A stretch of DNA of 64,000 bases from Octopus vulgaris. Its lineage: Eukaryota. A program made the position numbers and the translations under genes. Where the stretch lies: assembly GCA_951406725.2 (NCBI GenBank), contig OX597831.1, forward strand, positions 48,112,001-48,176,000, written 5' to 3'. Of this stretch, positions 27,164-40,782 are shown in pieces. The notes below the pieces were generated by a model. That model saw only the letters and a program-made list of their open reading frames with translations, was not told where the DNA came from and did no database searches. Position 1 is the stretch's first letter, and every line of letters starts with the position of its first letter.

Positions 27164-27574
27164 TACTCTTTTACTCTTTTACTTGTTTCAGTCATTTGGC
27201 TGCAGCCATGCTGTAGCACCGCCTTTAGTCAAGCAAATCGACTCCAAGACTTATACTTTGGAATCCTAGTACTTATTCTATCAGTTTCTTTTGCTGAACT
27301 GCTAAGTTACAGGGACGTAAACGCACCAGCATCAGTTGTCAAGCAATGTTGGGGGGACAGACACAGACACATAAACATATTCACAAACATACATATATAT
27401 ATACATATATAAGACGGGCTTCTTTCAGTTTCCGTCTACCAAATCCACTCACAAGGTTTTTGTCAGCCCGAGGCTATAAGTAGAAGACACTTGCCCAAGG
27501 TGCCATACAGTGGGACTGAACCTGGAACTATGTGGCTGGTAAACAAGCTACTTACCACACAGCCACTCCTGCAC
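27164..27574 (-). mobile_element. SINE family A, full length
   Basis: Colinear with other family A copies. Confidence 0.9.
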
Positions 27575-27799
27575 CTAGTTGAAGAATATTTGAAAGTAAA
27601 GGCTTGATTTTGAGACAGGTAAAAGTCTAAAAACAAAGATAGCCACTAAAATAAAACATAATGCCACTGCAACATGCAGACTACCCCAATGTGGCTGAAC
27701 TGAAATGAATGGCACATGAAAGTAAAATTAATTAAAAACTGAAATGGAAATAATGGAATTGTTAATACCATATAACAATATTTTAAAGCATAATAATCC

Positions 27800-28381
27800 T
27801 TTCTATTAAAGGTAAAAAGCCTGAAATTTGTGGGGAGGACACTCGTCAATTACATCACCCCCAGTGTTTCACTGGTAGTTAATTTATCAACCCCGAAAGG
27901 ATGACAGGCAAAGTCGACCATGGTAGAATTTGAACTAAGAATGTAGTGGCATGCTAATGATTCTTATTTCTTTATTGCCCATAAGGGGCTAAATATAGAG
28001 GAGACAAACAAGGACAGACAAAGGGATTAAGTCGATTACATCGACCCCAGTGTGTGACTAGTACTTTATTTATTGACCCCGAAAGGATGAAAGGCAAAGT
28101 CGCCCTGTGTGAAATTTGAACTCAGAACATAACGGCAGACGAAATACCTATTTCTTTACTACCCACAAGGGGCTAAACGCAGAGAGGACAAACAAGGACA
28201 GACAAACAGATTAAGTCGATTATATCGACCCCAGTACGTAACTGGTACTTATTTAATCGACCCCAAAAGGATGAAAGGCAAAGTTGACCTCAGTGGAATT
28301 TGAACTCAGAACGTAACGGCAGACGAAATACCGCTAAGCATTTCGCCTGGCATGCTAATGATTCTGCCAGCTCGCCACCTT
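27800..28381 (-). mobile_element. SINE family B with three core units
   Basis: The unit ccccgaaaggatgaaaggcaaagtcgacc occurs at about 27891, 28077 and 28261. Confidence 0.85.
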
Positions 28382-28422
28382 ATTTTTAGGCATAATAATA
28401 ACAAATATCAGTGTATGATACA

Positions 28423-28657
28423 TCTTTTATCTTTTACTTGTTCAGTCATTAGACTGTGGCCATGCTGGGGCACCACCTTGAATTTTTAGTCAAATGAATT
28501 GACCCCAGTACTTATTTTTTCTTTTAAGTGTTGTATTTATTCTATTGACACTTTTGCTGAACTGCTAAGTTACAGTGATATAAACATACCAACACCAGTT
28601 GTCAAGCAGTGGTGGGGTACAAAAATAGACAGAGAGAGGTACACTTACATGTAGATA

Positions 28658-28689
<32 letters not shown>

Positions 28690-28892
28690 CATATATATAA
28701 AACTTGAGTCGCCATGATAGATCGTTAGCCACTACACACATTTTTTCTCTCCTTGTTTTTTCTGTGTCCCTTTCTGTAGAAGACCATAGGCTCGAAACAT
28801 AAAAGCCTTTTTCTATTCCTGAGCATTATACTAATACATCTGTTTGTTTTGTACACCAACTGTCTTCATCTTTTGTTTTTTTCGTAAACTCT

Positions 28893-28931
<39 letters not shown>

Positions 28932-29085
28932 TATACACAATGGACTTCCTTCAGTTTCTGTCTACCAAATTCATTCACAAGGCTTTGATTGACCCAAGGC
29001 TATGTAGTGTAAGACACTTACCTAAGGTGCCATGCAGTGGGACTGAACTAAGAAGCATGTGGTTAGAAAGCAAGTTTTTTTACCA
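28423..29085 (-). mobile_element. Diverged SINE family A split by an insertion in its central microsatellite
   Basis: Tail half at 28423-28625 and head half at 28935-29085, with a pLTR-like element between them. Confidence 0.7.
28705..28896 (+). mobile_element. Short pLTR-like element with hammerhead-like core
   Basis: CTGTAGA-A-GACC atag GCTC-GAAAC at 28774-28798. Reverse-complement homolog of 21361-21670. Confidence 0.6.
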
Positions 29086-29100
29086 AATGCCCACACAACG

Positions 29101-29485
29101 ACATTAACAAGAACGAAGGACAGCACAAGTTAAATACAGGATTACATAATATAAAGGCTGACATGTGTTTCTATTACATAAGCATTTTTAAATACAAATC
29201 AGTCAATATTGGATCAATTGTGAAATCAAATATGTTCAAAACATTATACAAACATAATGTTTCCAAGGCAACCCAATCAAACATTAATCTAATGGGTTGC
29301 TTTGAAAACAGACATGTTTGCATAAGTTTTGTATATATTTGTTTTCACAATCAATCCAATATGAACTGATTTGTATTTTTGACTATTTATCATATCTGAA
29401 AAGGCTTACATAACAGAAATGTGTGACACCCTGTATATAATGCAATCCTGAAATAAAAGATGTATTCTTCATTCTGTTTAATGTC
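29101..29485. mobile_element. Long imperfect palindromic (fold-back) MITE
   Basis: Arms pair around about 29283: gcaaccca/tgggttgc, aaatacaaatcagt/actgatttgtattt, caggattacat/atgcaatcctg, acattaa/ttaatgt. Confidence 0.75.
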
Positions 29486-29517
29486 ACTTGTTTAAGGTGT
29501 CCTCTCCGATAAAAAAA

Positions 29518-29775
29518 AATAATAAATGCACCCTTTTAAAGCCTAGTCAGGCTCATGGGCCTGGTTTCCTGGTTTCAATGGTATATGTGTTCCCCAGCTG
29601 GATGAGACGCCAGTCCATCGCAGCATTACTCATTTTTGCCAGTTGAGTGAACTGGAGCAACGTGAAATGAAGTGTTTTGCTCAAGAACACAACGCGTCGC
29701 CTGCTCCAGAAATCGAAACCACAATCTTACGATCATGATGCTGAAACCCTAACCACTAAGCCATGCAACTTCACC
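29518..29775 (-). mobile_element. SINE family C
   Basis: Closely similar to 4977-5240. Confidence 0.85.
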
Positions 29776-30369
29776 CTCAACTGATATTTAAAAGAAATTA
29801 TAGCCAGCACTGATTTTTGTTACGATATTTCGTATCCAAGACATCAGATGTAAACAAACAATGACATGGAGGATGAAAAAAGGGTAATGGGCACATATGC
29901 CATATTCTGGAAGTTTTTGCCCCTTTCATCAGCACCCATTTAACCCATTAATCATTCACAAACTCATTGCTTAAATAATCACTAAATATAGCAGTGCATC
30001 TCCTCTGACTGGCTATTGACATACTTTCTGTGCCCTATCAGTATTTGCAAGGGGAAGCCATCTTTCCTATCTTCAACCTGATGAGATACACATGATAAAT
30101 GATAAATGATAAAGGATTATAAACCTAGGTGCCATCCCAGACAGGTTGGTGTTAGGAGGATTAAGCAGAGTTCACATCAGATTCTACTTTCTGCAACAAA
30201 GAACTTCATCTATTGTTCTGCCTCATCCAGAAGAATGTTAGGTGAAGTAGAACATAGCAGGAATTCAACTCTAAACATAAAGACCATCATCATCATCATC
30301 ATCCTCATCATCATCACTACCACCACCACCAACAGCACCACCACCGCCGTTATCATCGTCGTATTAGTC

Positions 30370-30690
30370 GTCGTCATCATCATCATCATTTAACGTCCGT
30401 TTTCTATGCTGATATGGGTTGGACGGTTGACTTAAAACTGTATGCTAGGGAGCTGCACCAGGTTCCAATATGATTTGGAATGGTTTCTACAGCTGGATGC
30501 CCTTCGTGATGCCAACCACTCCAAGAGTGTAGGGGGTGTAGGGGGTGCTTTTTACGTGCCACCAGCATGGGTACCAGTTACGCAACACTGGCACCGCCCA
30601 CAACTATAATTTCACTTGGTTTGATGGGTCTTCCCAACTACAGCATATCCCTAAAGTTCTCAGTCACGTATCATTGCCTCTATGAGGCCC
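30370..30690 (-). mobile_element. Repeat family D
   Basis: (cat)n-tttaacgtccgttt...gtttctacagctggatgccctt. Confidence 0.8.
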
Positions 30691-30769
30691 ATCAAGGACC
30701 ACTGAGTCCCAAAGACCCCTCTCTCTCTTTCGGAGAGGCACTGAGCAGCTATACACACACATACACACA

Positions 30770-30920
30770 CGGCAGTAACTTCCACCTACTGAATTCAATC
30801 ACAAAGCTCCGGTCGGCTCGGGGCTATAGTGGAAGACACCCACCCAAAGTGCCACACAGTGGGACTGAACCCGAAACCATGTAGCTAGGAAGCAAGCTCC
30901 CGAACCACACAGCCATGCCC
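30770..30920 (-). mobile_element. SINE family A, head fragment
   Basis: gtgccacacagtgggactgaacccgaaaccatgt...accacacagccatgcc. Confidence 0.75.
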
Positions 30921-31404
30921 AACTGAATAACTAAACACTATAATATAACTATCAACTCAATAATACCTAAATTCTCAGCATGCCAGCGAAGCAAAAATAT
31001 TTTCAAGTGGAACAACAAAACTGGAAAACACCAAAAATTCTTGCTACAATTGTGAAATATTGTAAATGCTAAGATGCAATAATTTTGTTCATATATAAAG
31101 AAACCTTGGAACTCATTCGAGGTTTTAGTTTTGTTGTTTTCTTTTCACAAAAGTAGAACATTTGAAGCAATAAGAATTATTAATAATAGGTGCTGCAGGG
31201 TTAATTTATATTAATTAACATTAAAGTGAAAATTAGTTCAATTAGATTATAATTGCTTCAATCCAGTTTATTCCCTTATGCTGTTTGCCTGCCAAGATTC
31301 TATGAAACTTCCGAGTAGTCTGGAAATATTGGAATCTCTTTAAAGTTCTTTGTTGCAGAAAGGAGTAGTTAATGGGAACTCTGTTTAAAGAAGTAGGGTA
31401 GCAG

Positions 31405-31880
31405 GGTGGAGAGAGAAAGAGAGAGAGAGACAGAGATAGACAGACAGAGACTGTGTTGTAAGGATCATTAGTTTATTAGATTAAACACTGCTTAGAGCAA
31501 TAGAAGAGAAGGATAGTAGAAAAAGAGAAAATAAAGACAGAAAGACATGGAGAGATGTACAGACATATACTGAAAGAGAGAAAGTGAGAGAGAGAAAAAG
31601 AGATGGAGAATAAGAGAGAGGGAAAGAGAAAGAGAGAGGGAGAGAGAGAGGAGGAGGAGAGCTGTGAGGACCATTGAGTCCATATTAGTAAATATTGCTG
31701 AGAGCAACTGAGAAGAGGAACAGATAGAGAAACTGAGGAAAGATAGGAAGGAAGAGATGGCCAGAGAGAAAGAAACAGAAGTGATGAAAGAGAGAAAGAG
31801 CAGGAGCAAGATATATGAGAGAATGAGGGAGGGAGAGGGAGAGATAACCAAATGAGAGAGAGAGAGAAAGAGGGAAGGAA
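31405..31880. repeat. GA-rich low-complexity tract
   Basis: Read directly. Confidence 0.85.
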
Positions 31881-32619
31881 ATAACAGTTGCGAAAGAGGT
31901 AGAAAGTTGATAGGTTTTAAGAGAATTAATAAAGTCATTTGCGCAACAACAAATAGAAAACAAAATAAATAAAATATATTTTCTAATTAGAAACCATACA
32001 ACGCTATCAACAGGAAATATTTTTCAATAAATTCAGTTTAGCAAAAATTTTCTCCTTTTGCATTTTTCCACTAAAAGTATTTGTCTTTGAATTAATCAGC
32101 TTCAGGTTTGAAACTTGCACATTGTTGGAAGAAATCTTCTCTTCTCTGCGAAACCTAATTTCCAAAAAGACAGCTCTGTCTTTTGTTTTCTAGTTTGGTT
32201 TGATTGTCTTTACTGACTTTCAACTTTTATATTCTTATATTAAACGTCACTTCTCATTCATGCCTGTGTATGAGTATATACATTTATTCATATATGCGTG
32301 TGTGTGTATGTGTTTGTGTGTGAGTGTGTGTGTGCACATATGTAGTTGTAGAGTGAACTTCTCAGCTACCACTAGGTAAAGACCCACTTCGGTCATGAAT
32401 GACCATGGGATTGCACCTAGAAAGTTCCCCTCTGAGGCACAAGTCCAGGCAAAGTTGTTCATGAAAGACCAGGAGTCACCCATGCATAGTTCAAAATCTA
32501 TCAAGTTAAAAATATATCAAAGTAGACATTTAAAATTTGGAATCTAATCATGTCAAACAGGAATGCTTCTTCCTCCTCCTCCTCCTCCTCCTCCAACTCC
32601 TCCTCACCATCATCATCAT

Positions 32620-33080
32620 CATTATTATTATTATTTTATTGTCTTTGCACAGTTTCTAATGCTGGAGATGCACTATGGTGTCAACTGTTCACTACCAGTG
32701 AACTAAGGTAACACCCCTTATTTTTCGAGCACCATCCAGAGTATTTGAATGGTTCCAAGCAGTGCTGTTTTCTGCAAGCACTCGACCCTTATTGTAGCCC
32801 CTATTTGTTCCATGTACTTCTCAACCTCCCAAGCTAACCTGTCATATCTATCGACTTTTCTTTCTTCCTTATCGCATACTTTGTTGTCAGCTGGGCATGC
32901 TATATCTATGATCCAGCATCATTTGCTTTCTTTCTCAATTAACACTAGATCTGGTTTCCTATTCTCTATCTCATGGTCGCACTGAATCATAAAATCCCAC
33001 AGAATCTTTGTATTATCATTTTCGATGATGCCTTCGATTTTATGTTCATGCCACTTTTTTGCTCTGTCATGTCCAGAGAC
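32620..33080 (-). mobile_element. R4/Dong-clade non-LTR retrotransposon 3' fragment (RLE endonuclease)
   Basis: Minus-strand translation KWHEHKIEGIIENDNTKILWDFMIQCDHEIENRKPDLVLIEK..CWIIDIACPAD..KVDRYDRL...LQKTALLGT..*, followed by a short UTR and (TAA)n. Confidence 0.85.
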
Positions 33081-33089
33081 ATGATAGAG

Positions 33090-33214
33090 CAAAAGGGACC
33101 GATAGAATAAGTACTAGGCTTACAAAGAATAAGTCTTGGGTCAATTTGCTCAACTAAAGGCAGTGCTCCAGCATGGCCACAGTCAAATGACTGAAACAAA
33201 TAAAAGATTAAAAG

Positions 33215-33216
<2 letters not shown>
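33090..33216 (+). mobile_element. SINE family A, 3' fragment
   Basis: gatagaataagtactaggcttacaaagaataag...gactgaaacaa. Confidence 0.8.
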
Positions 33217-33255
<39 letters not shown>

Positions 33256-33256
<1 letters not shown>

Positions 33257-33797
33257 GAGTGAGAGAGCAGTGCATGCCATCAAAGTGACACTGGGCTACA
33301 AATATATGAAGCTCAATATATCCATCATGACAAGCTATTGACATCAACACATGTATTGCAACCATATATAAATGACATGGTGATCTCATATCAAGATAAA
33401 CAGTGCATAACCTTACAAGTAGGGCCAGTTAGAATTTCCTTCAGGCTGAGGGGCCCATCCCACTCAAAAGGACCCTGAATAAGGTTTGTTTAAGGATGAT
33501 GAATGAAACACCCATGTCTCCAGAGGTTAAAGTATTCAAAACCCAAAGAATTCCTCTCAGCAAATGGTCATGACTCCCACCTTCCCACTACTCCCGCTCA
33601 TGATCATATCATCAGCCACTAAGGGACATGTTCAATTGGTGATGGTCAAGAAACTAACAAGTAAATCCATGATATCGAGCAGGGTATTAGCTGTAGCCCA
33701 TCTTTTACACCAGTTCAAAACATACATGATAACACTTCCAATCAGAGATGATCAGAAGCAACAATGAGAGCCACTGCCTAGTAATGCATCAAAGCAT
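33256..33797 (-). mobile_element. Unclassified element of about 540 bp embedded in (TAA)n
   Basis: Reverse-complement homolog of 35806-36360. (TTA)n tracts on both sides. Confidence 0.75.
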
Positions 33798-33821
33798 TTA
33801 TCATTATTATTATTATTATTA

Positions 33822-33864
<43 letters not shown>

Positions 33865-33866
33865 CA

Positions 33867-33906
<40 letters not shown>

Positions 33907-33912
33907 CATTAA

Positions 33913-33978
<66 letters not shown>

Positions 33979-34000
33979 CATCGTTATTATCATTATTGCC
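33798..34000. repeat. (TTA)n microsatellite
   Basis: Read directly. Confidence 0.95.
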
Positions 34001-34312
34001 ATCATTAATTTCATGAAGCTTAAATTCACATATTAGCAAAAACAAAAAAAAAAGAAAGTGAGAAAACAAAAAATTAGAAATAATGTGTTTTTTAAAATTA
34101 TTTATAATTTAAGTTTTTTATTTATATTTTCTTTCAGCAATTTTATATCTATTTACATACATACATACATACATATATATAGGTGCTTATATGTGTGTGT
34201 GTATGTATATACATGTATATATTTTTATATGTGCATGCATCTATGTGTGTGTGTGTATGCATGTGTGTGCAAATATATGTAAATAAATATATATATATAT
34301 ATATATATTGCT

Positions 34313-34352
<40 letters not shown>

Positions 34353-34793
34353 ACATATAAATGCATATATGTCTACCAAAGTAAAAATTATGTCTCGTCA
34401 TTTGTCAAGAAATTATATAATTCTTTTGCTAATTTGATATTTCTACAAGTGTGAGATATCTTACTTGTAGAAGTGTGAAAATACTGTGTGTGTGTGCTTG
34501 CAGATAATATCATAGGTTAGACATTAAAAATCCTTGCAGCAGAGCATGAAGAGCATAAAAAATATATTTAATTGGCTTAATTTAATTGTTAGTATGAATC
34601 AGTCTTTCAGGTTTCCATGGTTTGAGTGTTTGAAGAAATATGTATACACATACTTATATGCATATACACATACATACATACATACATACATACATACATA
34701 CACACATACATACGTACATGCACACATATTTATTTCAACATACATACACATATGAGGTAGAGTTGATATTATTTGCTTTATAATAGGTGAGTT

Positions 34794-34831
<38 letters not shown>

Positions 34832-34849
34832 CGTGTGTGCATTTGACAC

Positions 34850-35240
34850 TTTTTTACTCTTTTACTTGTTTCAGTCATTTGACTGCGGCCATGCTGAAGC
34901 ACCGCCTTTTAGTCGAGCAAATCAACCCCAGGACTTATATTTTGTAAGCCTAGTACTTATTCTATCAGTCACTTTTGCCGAACTGCTAAGTTACTGGGAC
35001 GTAAACACACTAGCATTGGTTGTCAAGCAAAGTTACAGGGACAAACACACACACACACACACACATAAATATACATATATACGATGGGCTTCTTTCAGTT
35101 TCCGTCTACCAAATCCACTCACAAGGCTTTGGTTGGCCCGAGGCTATAGTAGAAGACATTTGCCTAAGGTGCCACGCAGTGGGACTGAATCCGGAACAAT
35201 GTGGTTGGTAAGCAAGCTACTAACCACACAGCCACTCCTG
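34850..35240 (-). mobile_element. SINE family A, full length
   Basis: Colinear with other family A copies. Confidence 0.9.
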
Positions 35241-35339
35241 CTATATACTTGTATATTTGCCAATAGAGTGGATATATTAATCAGAGTATTCAGTATTGTA
35301 GATCCATTTCAGCCAATTATATTTAGCAGTTTTGCATTG

Positions 35340-35620
35340 GAGAATAGATATAAGCTAACAGGGCTCCTACTCCTTCGAGATATCAAGCATGGAAAAAATA
35401 TGGTGACTGCTATCTGTTGTTGGAGGTGAGATACTGTCACATCTGTTTTGTGGGCATCATGAAAATAGATGAAATGAATTTGCAGGAGACAAGCAACTTC
35501 ATTTTGTCTTCTTTTCACACAGTGGATGTGACAGCTTCTCACCTCCAATGACAAAGAGCAGTCACTTTATTTTTTTCCACATCTGCCATCTCCAAAGAGC
35601 ACATGTGTTTACATATCTGC
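35340..35620. mobile_element. Fold-back/MITE-like inverted repeat
   Basis: ggaaaaaatatggtgactgct...ttggaggtgagatactgtcacatc pairs with gatgtgacagcttctcacctccaa...agcagtcactttatttttttcc. Confidence 0.7.
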
Positions 35621-35805
35621 TCATTTAGCTAATATTCAGTTATCTAATACCTGGTGTGAAACTGATGGCTTTTTACACAGTAACTGAAAAATTTACATAT
35701 TCAAAATGACGATCATGATCATGATAATGATGATGATGATGATGACGACGACGACGACCATCATCATGATCATCATAATAATAATAATAATAATAATAAT
35801 ATATA

Positions 35806-36360
35806 CTCTGATGCAGTACCAGGCAGTAGCTCACATTGCTTTTGATTTTAACTAAGTGAAAGCGTTATCATGTACATTGTTTTGTCTTGGTATAAAAGAT
35901 GAGCTACAGCAACTATTCTGCTCAATACAACAGATTTGCTTGTCAATTGTTTGACCATAAAACAGTTGAGCATGTCCCTTAGTGGCTGACAATATGTGCA
36001 TCTCTGATCACAAGCAGAAGTAGTTGGGGAGCATTATAGCCATGTGTTGAGAAGAATTCTTTGGGGTTTGGATAATTCACCTCTGGAAACATGGATGTTT
36101 CATTCAACATCCTTAAACAACCCTTATTCAGGGATCTTTTGGGTGGGATAGGCTATTCAACCAGAAGAAAATTCTAATTGGGCCCCATCTGCAAGGTCAT
36201 GCGCTGTTTATCTTGATATGGGATCACCATGTCGCACACATGTAGTTGTTATGTACATGCCTGGTGTACCCTTATCAGATTGGTAGTCATGATGGGTATA
36301 TTGGGCTTTGTATATTTTACCCCAGTGTCACTTTGATGGTATGCACTGCTCTCTCACTCA
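35806..36360 (+). mobile_element. Unclassified element of about 550 bp embedded in (TAA)n, second copy
   Basis: Starts ctctgatgcagtaccaggcag after (TAA)n and ends cactgctctctcactc-(AAT)n. Confidence 0.75.
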
Positions 36361-36379
36361 ATAATAATAATAATGAGAA

Positions 36380-36597
36380 TATTAAAAATGAACCTGAACG
36401 CTCTCAAAAATTAAGTATAAAAAATGGAAAAATAATCCCAAAATCTAATCAGTTTGTGCCAATCATGAGACCAAATATCCCTGAAAGTTTCATTTGAATC
36501 CATCCAGCAGTTCTTGAGATATCTTGCCCACAGGCAAACAAACAGACAAGCACAAATGGAAACAATACCTCTGCCTTCACTAAGGCAGGGGTAATAA
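36380..36597 (+). mobile_element. Helentron-associated (HINE/DINE-like) element 3' part
   Basis: aaagtttcat..aatccatcc..., acaaacaaacagac, then terminal hairpin tacctctgcctt-cact-aaggcaggggta. Confidence 0.55.
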
Positions 36598-36599
36598 CA

Positions 36600-37078
36600 T
36601 TCAGACTGACAGAGTAATAGAAGCTAGAAGGGTTGATTTGGTAGTTGTAGATGAAGACAATAGAAAGTGCCAGATAATTGAATTTACAGTCCCAAAGAAC
36701 GAAAACCTTAATATGAGAAGTATAGAAAAAATAGCAGAATACCAGGATCTAGGTATTGAATTACAGTGACTATGGAAAGGGTGGGTAAAATATATCCCAG
36801 TAGTTATACGTGCCTTGGGATCTATCCCTAAAAATCTGAACAGATGGATAGAGGAAATAGGCATAAAAACCAGTTTAGTACAAATGCAGAAAACAGTGTA
36901 ATTAGGGACAGCTGGGATACTTAGGAGGGTTCTTGGCATCTAAGGTTATTTCCTGTAATCCAATAGGAGGGTTCTTGGCATTTAAGGTAACTTGTTGTAG
37001 CCCGACGTTAGGATTCTTTCCTTTTCCAACAGTCTAATCTGTTGAGTGTATAAGAATAATGATAATAACGATAATATT
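36600..37078 (+). mobile_element. R4/Dong-clade LINE 3' fragment (RLE endonuclease), second family member
   Basis: Frame from 36602: QTDRVIEARRVDLVVV..KCQIIEFTVP..EKIAEYQDL..LWK..IPVVIRALG..MQKTV*LGTAGILRRVLGI*. Followed by a UTR and an (AAT)-like tail. Confidence 0.85.
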
Positions 37079-37258
37079 GAGCTTAGTGTATACATTGTTT
37101 GGGTGTAGTACAAGATATATATATATATATAATACAAATAAGAAAATGGAGGAACAAATTCATTTCGATCATCAACTTACGGATATTCAAATTTCCCCCA
37201 GTATATTGGATAACTGATATCCCATAGTGGGTTACCCTCATAACCCCTATCTTACTTT

Positions 37259-37294
<36 letters not shown>

Positions 37295-37297
<3 letters not shown>

Positions 37298-37555
37298 TCA
37301 TCATCATCATCATCATCATCGTTTAACGTCTGTTTTCCAATGCCAGCATGGGTTGGACGGTTCGACCGGGGTCTGGGAAGCCAGGAGGCTGCAAAAGGCT
37401 CCAGTCTGATCTGGCAGTGTTTCTACAGCTGGATGCCCTTCCCAACGCCAACCACTCCGTGAGTGTAGTGGGTGCTTTTTACGAGCCACCGGCACAGGTG
37501 CCAGGGGAGGCTGGCAGCTGCCACGATCGGTTGGTGCTTTTTACGTGCCACCAGA
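37295..37555 (-). mobile_element. Repeat family D
   Basis: (cat)n-cgtttaacgtc...ggatgcccttcccaacgccaaccactcc. Confidence 0.85.
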
Positions 37556-37609
37556 ATGGAAATATATATATATATGTATGTATGTATATATGTATGACAT
37601 GTAAAACAC

Positions 37610-37652
<43 letters not shown>

Positions 37653-38404
37653 AGTAGTAGTTGAATAGCTGATATAGCTGATATGACATAAAAGATGTGA
37701 TAATTATATTGGAGCAATCACATGAACTGAGGACATAGTGAAACATTAACAGCAAAGACAGATAAAGAGATGACACTAATTTATAATCAGTTAGTGTATG
37801 TGTGTGTGTGTGTATGTGTGAAAGTCTGAAGTATCCATGAATGTGTTTGTGTGTGTTTGTGTGTGTACGTAAATATGTTTTGTCTTAGCATTAAATGTTG
37901 AAAACTTGCAATATTTCTTTTCATTCTTTTAAATGATGAATAACTAGAGATTCCTTCTTCCACAGCCCCCTCGTCCTCCTCCTCCTCCTCCTCCTCCTCC
38001 TCATCATCATCATCGTCATCATCATTACCATCATCACTACTACCGCCACCACCACTACCACAACAACTAAGATGACGATCAACTCCACCGTTCCCAGCAC
38101 CACCATGGCTTCCCTCTCTGCCACTTATAAAAAAAAAGTTTTATGTCAAACACGCATGTGTGTGTGTCAAAGTAAATGGCAAACTACTAAAAGGATTGCA
38201 CAAGATCTTTCATCAATATTCAAAGTCTTCGTCTATAATTATTTATAAGTTTATCAGGAAACTAATTAAGTTACACAAAGTAAGAAATAATTAAAAAAAA
38301 CAATAAAAAATACCAAAGTTTATAATTTTGAAAAATACTGATGTAGATATTTGAACTTTTGAGTTAATTATCATTATAGATGATAGAGGATGTTGTACTG
38401 AACA

Positions 38405-38443
<39 letters not shown>

Positions 38444-38446
<3 letters not shown>

Positions 38447-38651
38447 TAATCCAAACAAGAAAACACAAAAAAACACAATAACGCGAGGACGTGGAACAAA
38501 TATAGTATTATTGGACGCTCAGGAAAGAAGGGAAGAAGGAGGGTTTAAAGTTTCAAGCGGAGCTCTTCGTCGGAAACATAGGAGAAGGAAAGATCCAGAG
38601 AAGGGAAGACAGAGGGAAAAAAATCACCAACGGTACACACGAGGTCACATT
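38444..38651 (-). mobile_element. Short pLTR-like element with hammerhead-like core, in a (TA)n context
   Basis: Minus strand CCGACGA-A-GAGC tcc GCTT-GAAAC. Closely similar copy at 55413-55610. Confidence 0.65.
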
Positions 38652-38693
38652 TACATACATACATATATATATATATATACATGCATATATATA

Positions 38694-38739
<46 letters not shown>

Positions 38740-38747
38740 TATATATG

Positions 38748-38780
<33 letters not shown>

Positions 38781-38784
<4 letters not shown>

Positions 38785-39143
38785 TCATCATCATCATCGT
38801 TTAACTTCCGCTTTCCATGATGGCATGGGTTGGACGGTCGGCTTGACTGAGGACTGGCAAGCCAGATGGCTGCACCACACTCCAATCTGATCTGGCAGAG
38901 TTTCTACAGTTGGATGCCCTTCTTAATGCTAACCACTCCGAGAGTGTAGTGGATGCTTTTATGTGCCACCTGCACAGGAACCAGTCCAGCGGCACTGCAA
39001 TGACCTCGCTCAAATGTTGTTTTCCATGTGCCACCGGTACAAGTGCCAGTAAGGCAATGCTGGTAACAATTATGCTCAAATAGTGCTTTTTATATGCCAC
39101 CGGCATGGGAGCCAGTCGACGGGCTTGGCAACGATCACACTCA
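38781..39143 (-). mobile_element. Repeat family D
   Basis: Family D landmarks with three tandem units. Confidence 0.8.
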
Positions 39144-39154
39144 GATATATATAT

Positions 39155-39478
39155 TGAGACCCCCTTCGGTCATGACTGACTGTGGGATTGTAAATAGACA
39201 GTTACCCTCCCAGGCACAAGTCCAGGCAAGGTTGTTTATGGAAGACCAGCAATTGCCCATGCATACCAGACTCCCCACTCCATGCCACCAAGGGATAGGC
39301 AACAGCAGATACAGCTTGGCAGCTGTGATGTCGCAACTCATTTCTACAGCTGATTGAACTGGAGCAACGTGAAATAAAGTGTCTTGCTCAAGAATATGAC
39401 ACACAGCCCGATCTGGGATATGGACTCACAACCTCACAATCGTAAGCTCGACGCTCTAACCATTGAGACATGCGCCTT
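39155..39478 (-). mobile_element. SINE family C variant with a different 3' tail
   Basis: tRNA-like head at 39400-39478 and ttgagcaagacac core. The tail is shared with 32355-32487 and 41575-41832. Confidence 0.7.
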
Positions 39479-39509
<31 letters not shown>

Positions 39510-39894
39510 TCTTTTATTTATATGTTGTCTTGCTGCTAACACTGTATTTTATGAATGCAATGGAGGTTATAGAAATATATTTATATATGCAGACAACTCT
39601 GCATCGTTAAGAGACTCACTTTGCAATCATGTGCCTTCAGGCTTAGTCTTAGATTATAGCGTCTTGGGAAAGTGTCTTCTGCTACCACTCTCAGCAGATG
39701 GATGCCTTGTGAGGGAATTTGGTAGATGGGTATGGTACGGAGCATCTCATTTATATGTATACATCATTATCATCATCATCATCATCATCATCATCATTAT
39801 TATTATTCTTTAATGTCTGTCTTCCATGTTGGCATGAAGCGGATGGTTTTGACTGGAGCTGGCAAGCTGAGAAAGGGTTACTCTATACTTTTGT

Positions 39895-40782
<888 letters not shown>

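Noticed and set aside
37130-37262. Minimal hammerhead-like TTGATGA-TC-GAAA on the minus strand
   Set aside because: No stem II or other supporting stems; could occur by chance.
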